From: a virus
Lineage: Duplodnaviria > Caudoviricetes
Length of the DNA stretch: 64,000 nucleotides
Virus record (IMG/VR): IMGVR_UViG_3300027983_002389
Reading direction: 5' to 3' (one strand)
The notes under the pieces were generated by a model. The model did no database searches, had not been told where the DNA came from, and saw only the letters and a list, made by a program, of their open reading frames with translations. This document shows positions 59,498 to 64,000 of the stretch, one piece after another. Made by a program: the position numbers and the translations under genes. Each line of letters begins with the position of its first letter. Position 1 is the first letter of the stretch.

Positions 59498-59746
59498 GTG
59501 AAAGAACAGGTTGAAGAAACGCTCAGAGAGGAAAATCCGAACGCATTGTTCCTTGATGGTTTCGATGAAGCCATTATCGGGATTGCCAGACGAGCAAACC
59601 TCGCCGTCGTCGCCTACAGTGAATTGACCTGCATTGATATTCTCATGCAGTAACAAAAAATGACCGAAGACGAAGCCTGGGATTACTTTGGACACAATAT
59701 CCAAGGGGCCTGGGTGGGCGAACACACGCCAGTTCTCATCAGCTAA
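59498..59746 (+). pseudogene. conserved small phage protein with in-frame TAA at 59651
   Basis: FLDGFDEAIIGI...CIDILMQ*QKMTEDEAWDYF..NIQGAWVGEHTP. Confidence 0.75.
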
Positions 59747-59766
59747 CCCAACTTCACTTTAAGCCG

Positions 59767-59792
59767 AAAAGCCACTCACGAGTGGCTTTTTA
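59767..59792 (+). terminator. Rho-independent terminator
   Basis: aaaagccactc-ac-gagtggcttttt. Confidence 0.8.
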
Positions 59793-59821
59793 TTTACAGT
59801 CATTTATTTTCATGGTAAAAT
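59793..59821 (+). promoter_or_regulatory. sigma70-type promoter (class A)
   Basis: TTTACA-N17-TAAAAT, tandem with class B copy 9. Confidence 0.75.
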
Positions 59822-59828
59822 CCCAATT

Positions 59829-59860
59829 GATCGAACCAAAATGACAATTGGCTCTCTAGG
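59829..59860 (+). promoter_or_regulatory. class B promoter motif copy 9
   Basis: GATCGAACC-N14-CTCTCTAGG. Confidence 0.8.
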
Positions 59861-59865
59861 CGGGT

Positions 59866-60087
59866 GTGAAAGAAATGCAATCACCACCACAATCAGGCGA
59901 AATATGGGTGAATATCCATACTAGCAAAAAGGCGACCATTCAGTCAATTGAGGAAGCGAGAGGCGGGTTGGTTGTCGTATATGACCAACCTGAATGGAAA
60001 AAACAGCGATGCGACATCGTGACATTCAATGTCCATTGGAAACGATTCAAATCAGCCAGTAAATGGTTTTTGGGAGCATTGCAATGA
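59866..60087 (+). CDS. small protein ending WFLGALQ
   Basis: 73 aa. Confidence 0.7.
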   Translation: MKEMQSPPQSGEIWVNIHTSKKATIQSIEEARGGLVVVYDQPEWKKQRCDIVTFNVHWKRFKSASKWFLGALQ

Positions 60088-60360
60088 TAACGATTGTTTT
60101 AGATGCCCATCGAATCCCTGATGGAACTGAAGTTCGCAAGCTGACAGGTCAGAAAGTCTATGTCTTACAGAGACAACTCAAGATTTACATGCCCGGCGAA
60201 AGAAAAGATGTCAATTTCGACGGATTCGTGTTTCTCACGTCGGATCGTTCAATCAATGGCTACCCGGACACAAACAAATTTGCCATAGACCTGCCTGACG
60301 AAGACGCTGTTGAATTTGTGGAAAAACTCCTGACGCCCATTCCGTATTGAAAGACGCACA

Positions 60361-60804
60361 ATGAAACGCAGCAAACCATTCATCGACGATCATGCAGAAG
60401 AACCACCTGAAGTGGATTTGGCACAACTTCGTCAACTTACCGAGCAAGCCATTCAACGTGGCAAGTGGAAAGAAGAAAAACGACTGGTTGACATTAAGGT
60501 CGAAGACGAACGAAAGGTCAAGCGTGACCAGTTGTTCGCTGCCGCCGTATTGTCTGATTTTCCTGATAAGTGTGAGAAGGAAGCGGGACGAGGCCGATCT
60601 CACGCCATCATCATGGGGCTGAAATACAGTCGAGATTATGTCTACCAAGGCAATAATTTCAACTCTATTCATGTTGAGTTGCTTACAGGCCCCGGAGCAA
60701 TCGTTTGGAACTACCTGCAAGAAGCTGGACTCAAACCTTCGATTGAGTATTGGCATGACGGCATGGGCATGGAAAGCGGCTTCAACATTCTCGTTCACTG
60801 GTAA
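60361..60804 (+). CDS. hypothetical protein
   Basis: WHDG.G..SGF.I.V.W C-terminus. Confidence 0.75.
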   Translation: MKRSKPFIDDHAEEPPEVDLAQLRQLTEQAIQRGKWKEEKRLVDIKVEDERKVKRDQLFAAAVLSDFPDKCEKEAGRGRSHAIIMGLKYSRDYVYQGNNFNSIHVELLTGPGAIVWNYLQEAGLKPSIEYWHDGMGMESGFNILVHW

Positions 60805-60814
60805 GGACCATCGT

Positions 60815-61342
60815 ATGTGCATGACTCAACGTGTTGTTTCTGAGAAGCCAGTCTCATTGGTGCCGCAGGATGCTTTCAAAGTATTCTCCCGCACCAAAGA
60901 TGGGCAGCTTCAGTCTGTCTTCGTGCCGACCTTCAAAGTGGGATTGATATATCCACCGAATGAGCGAATTCGAGTGGACACTGAGGATGCCACGTTCTTC
61001 GCTTTTGAGAACTTCAAAAATGCAATATCCATTGCACGGCAGGGACGCAAGCGATGGAATATGGTCAATGGTGATTTGATCGTATTGCCTGTCACAATGA
61101 ACGAAATTGTCGCAACAGGCAAATACTTCGTCCGCAGCGAAGACGTTCAGTGCTTGGATGGGTTTTACCCGGCTTTAGAGTCCAAGGAAATCATCGTCCA
61201 CGACACTGAAGAAAACCGCAACGCTTTCTACGACGCTGTATTGTCTCAGTGGTTGGGATTACAAAAATACAGCATGTCCAAGATCGAGAAGGAAGCATTT
61301 GCCGCTCGCATACCGCATTTGGCTAAGGCCGCATTTGGCTAA
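60815..61342 (+). CDS. hypothetical protein
   Basis: AAGGA RBS, MCM start. Confidence 0.7.
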   Translation: MCMTQRVVSEKPVSLVPQDAFKVFSRTKDGQLQSVFVPTFKVGLIYPPNERIRVDTEDATFFAFENFKNAISIARQGRKRWNMVNGDLIVLPVTMNEIVATGKYFVRSEDVQCLDGFYPALESKEIIVHDTEENRNAFYDAVLSQWLGLQKYSMSKIEKEAFAARIPHLAKAAFG

Positions 61343-61539
61343 GGCCACAAAGTAATGGACAAAATACAAAAGCTGAAAGAACTCTTGGCCGACATTCGCA
61401 TTAAACACGGCGTTGATTATGCCATTTTGCACAAATATGGCAAAACCCGTGTGATGTGCGACAAGATTTGGGAGCAATCAATAAAGGAACAGGCGGCAAT
61501 TGTCGATTTGGAGATTTTTGATTGGCATTTCTACAACTA

Positions 61540-61571
61540 GGTCGAACCATTCAGGATATTTCCTCTCTAGG
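61540..61571 (+). promoter_or_regulatory. class B promoter motif copy 10
   Basis: GGTCGAACC-N14-CTCTCTAGG. Confidence 0.85.
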
Positions 61572-61609
61572 TGTTTGTGGCGAACATCCTCAAACATGGA
61601 GACAAAATA

Positions 61610-61984
61610 ATGTGTAACACCAGAGGCATTTGTGATGAATGTGGCATCGAATGCGATTCTGTCACAGAAGACCAAGGCATCGGCCCTTATGAGTATTGGG
61701 GCAGTCGTGGTGTTCACCACGATTATGTTAAAGTTTCTCCATGTTGCGGCGCTGAAGTTGTAGAAGGTGGCAATACACTGGTTCGCATCAGCGACCATAC
61801 TGCCCGACGTGACCACAAAAGCGGCGGCATCAGAAAGGGCGACCACTATCGACTCGTTGTGACTCGTTGCTGGCGTCATCATGGTCCGCACTGGATTAGC
61901 ACTCGCAAGATCAAGAAGGACGCTCCACCCGTTCAATTCTTTGGCAAGTTCAAGTTCCTGAAAGGCGTCTCCAATGAGGAATAG
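61610..61984 (+). CDS. Cys-rich hypothetical protein
   Basis: CDEC, D.GIGPYEYWG, SPCC. Confidence 0.75.
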   Translation: MCNTRGICDECGIECDSVTEDQGIGPYEYWGSRGVHHDYVKVSPCCGAEVVEGGNTLVRISDHTARRDHKSGGIRKGDHYRLVVTRCWRHHGPHWISTRKIKKDAPPVQFFGKFKFLKGVSNEE

Positions 61985-62015
61985 GTCGAACCAAAACATA
62001 AATTTGATCTCTAGG
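61984..62015 (+). promoter_or_regulatory. class B promoter motif copy 11
   Basis: GGTCGAACC-N14-ATCTCTAGG. Confidence 0.85.
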
Positions 62016-62059
62016 TCTTTGTAAGAGCAAATGACAAAAAGCACAACGAGGGTTGAATA

Positions 62060-62914
62060 ATGGGCATGTTTTCATGGCTTTGTAAAGGTTGCGGACACGA
62101 ACTAAAAGATGGAGAACACGTTCGCCTCAATAGTTCTGTTGGCACCTATGACGGATATGGTCGTGCTGGTGGGTTTGAATACAGTGGCAGTTACGAAAAT
62201 CCCACTGCTTGGCATGTCCGTTGTTACAAAAATGCAACTACAGAGCAAAAGCGAAATGACGACTCAAGCAGAAACGCCCCAAACCAAGGGTTTGGCATCG
62301 CTGCTCTCGAAAACAAAAAAGAATACAATCCAGAAGCAAAGACGACCTTCTCTCCTGTTCTATTGGTAGATCACTACGACGGTAAGGCAGAGAAAACCAC
62401 CAGACAAGAATGGTACGTCGTCGATGGCGTCTTGGTCAACCAGAGTCACTACGAATCGTTGTGTGAAGTTGCCAATGGTGAGGGCGGCATAACTGAATCT
62501 ATGTTCAACGAACGACCTGATGACTGGTACAATTCAACCACCAGAGAAGAACAAATCGCTTTTTACGAGCTAATCGAGCAAACAGTCGAAGCCCATATTG
62601 GCATGAAGCGACCTCGCACTGATGCCACCATATTCGACAGCTTTGAGGAAGCAAAGAGAGTCGTCGAATCATTGATTCCATCATTACCCAACCCTGATTG
62701 GGGATATGAACTGGCGATCTATGGGATACAAGAAAAAATTCAGGGATTGTATTACAAATACAACAAAATCCCAGGATTTGACATGGTGGATATTCCCGGT
62801 CAGTTTTATCCGCATGGAAAACCCAAGGTTGACTTCGTTTTCAACGGTCAATTTGAAGAAGAAATAGCATTCATTCATGGTCGTCCAGCCGCCGCAGGCG
62901 TCAAGTCATATTGA
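62060..62914 (+). CDS. hypothetical protein
   Basis: MGMFSW.C..CG, G.YDGYGR, QGF. Confidence 0.8.
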   Translation: MGMFSWLCKGCGHELKDGEHVRLNSSVGTYDGYGRAGGFEYSGSYENPTAWHVRCYKNATTEQKRNDDSSRNAPNQGFGIAALENKKEYNPEAKTTFSPVLLVDHYDGKAEKTTRQEWYVVDGVLVNQSHYESLCEVANGEGGITESMFNERPDDWYNSTTREEQIAFYELIEQTVEAHIGMKRPRTDATIFDSFEEAKRVVESLIPSLPNPDWGYELAIYGIQEKIQGLYYKYNKIPGFDMVDIPGQFYPHGKPKVDFVFNGQFEEEIAFIHGRPAAAGVKSY

Positions 62915-62950
62915 ATTGGACAGAACCCGAACCAACAAAGGAACCTGAAC

Positions 62951-63364
62951 ATGGGATGCCGATGTGATTACATGGAACCCAATGCACGAGAAGTCGAAAG
63001 CAAACGGGTTTGTCAATTACTCAAATATCTCTTTGCAGCCGCCGAAATTACGGTTTCTGCTTTTGTGTCTGAAAGAATCGAAAACGGGGCAAAGGAATAC
63101 TACGGCAATACCACCAGTCTGGATGCCGACACAGAATTGCTCTGCCAGTTGCTTCGGACGCTTCCAGATGACAAGGTGGCGACTGTTGTTTATGATGGTC
63201 GTAATCCTGAAGCTCGCAAGCTGGCTGATTGGTGGGATCATCACCAAACCGCTGACGCCAAACGTGAGGTCGAGGAAGAACATCGTCGCAACAATGAATT
63301 TCTTCGGGCGCAAGCCCTCAGTAAATTGACTCCCACCGAAATCGAAGCCTTGAGAATTAAATGA
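62951..63364 (+). CDS. conserved phage hypothetical protein
   Basis: C..M.P, LADWW.HHQ.AD, ALSKLT..E. Confidence 0.8.
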   Translation: MGCRCDYMEPNAREVESKRVCQLLKYLFAAAEITVSAFVSERIENGAKEYYGNTTSLDADTELLCQLLRTLPDDKVATVVYDGRNPEARKLADWWDHHQTADAKREVEEEHRRNNEFLRAQALSKLTPTEIEALRIK

Positions 63365-63630
63365 GCGACAAGATAATCATCCCTTGTGATTTCCGTCATC
63401 CTCATGGAACTTATTGTTCTGATGAAGATTTATGTGAAAAAGGACAAGTATTGATTTACGGAGAAATGGGCGGCAGACCTCCAGAAACAATCACTTGTCC
63501 TAAATGTAATGGTCTTGGAAAGATTGAAGTCGCCAGATCGGAAATTGAAAGTCAGATTTCTGATCTGATTGATGAACGAGATGTAATCAACAGTGAAATC
63601 AAACGATTCAGAAGGCATCTGAAAGAATGA
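63361..63630 (+). CDS. small Zn-finger protein
   Basis: CPKCNGLG. Confidence 0.65.
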   Translation: MSDKIIIPCDFRHPHGTYCSDEDLCEKGQVLIYGEMGGRPPETITCPKCNGLGKIEVARSEIESQISDLIDERDVINSEIKRFRRHLKE

Positions 63631-64000
63631 GACTCGTCATTGATATAAATGGGATTTTGTGGCAAATTGACAAGTGGGGACACTATGTTGTTTATCATGA
63701 TTCTGCTCCCGCTGAAGCTGTCGTAATCAAAGCGGATTTCGACGGCTTTACCGCCTCGTCAGCAGAATATGCAACTGCTTTTGGAATAAGGAACTATAAC
63801 ATGCGTGTGTCAACACAATCAACAACATATGAACTCACCGTCACTGAACTCACCAGCCTAATGGCAAAAGAATTGAATGTTGGTGAAGATCGAATCACCC
63901 TTCGATTCAAGACCCGTGAAGTCGGCGACGACCGATTTGGACCAACCAGCCAAGAAACATATGCTGTAGAAGTTATTGTTTCTGGGCCTCCAACCCAAGG

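Noticed and set aside
1-64000. Genome-wide TAG reassignment (genetic code 15)
   Set aside because: Many genes end at TAG directly followed by promoters, terminators or the next gene (e.g. 3773, 9512, 15199, 19643, 29810), and coding density under code 11 is already high.

Overview
This is a 64-kb accessory region of a large (jumbo-type) dsDNA bacteriophage. It is densely packed with short, mostly + strand ORFs, and no capsid, terminase or replicative polymerase core genes were recognised. The host is possibly a Planctomycetota/PVC bacterium (inference from a GFTLIELLVV prepilin-type gene). Recognisable genes include an RNA ligase-like protein, AlgH/YqgE, thioredoxin, a Pth2-like peptidyl-tRNA hydrolase, HNH nucleases, ParB-like proteins, a sigma70-family sigma factor, an AEP-like protein, a nucleotidyltransferase, ArdC, a HAD nucleotidase, a SNF2 helicase, YqeY, a 2H phosphoesterase, TPR, glycosyltransferase, CAP, TylF-type methyltransferase, macrodomain and vWA proteins. 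Five observations stand out. (1) There are two tandem CUA-anticodon (amber suppressor) tRNA genes, and a Pth2-like gene whose only plausible start is followed by an in-frame TAG at codon 4, i.e. a candidate amber-gated translation-rescue switch. (2) Eleven copies of GGTCGAACC-N14-CTCTCTWGG occur with an invariant spacer, one directly upstream of the phage sigma gene. (3) Fourteen TTTACA-N17-TADAWT sigma70-type promoters and a third TAAATA/TATATA class are present; the third class precedes proteins with T4 capsid-targeting-like N-termini. (4) Five unrelated small proteins share a W[FY][LIV]G[AC][LW] motif at or near the C-terminus. (5) Tandem micro-duplications and single in-frame stops are frequent. 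All calls were made by eye, with no database searches.
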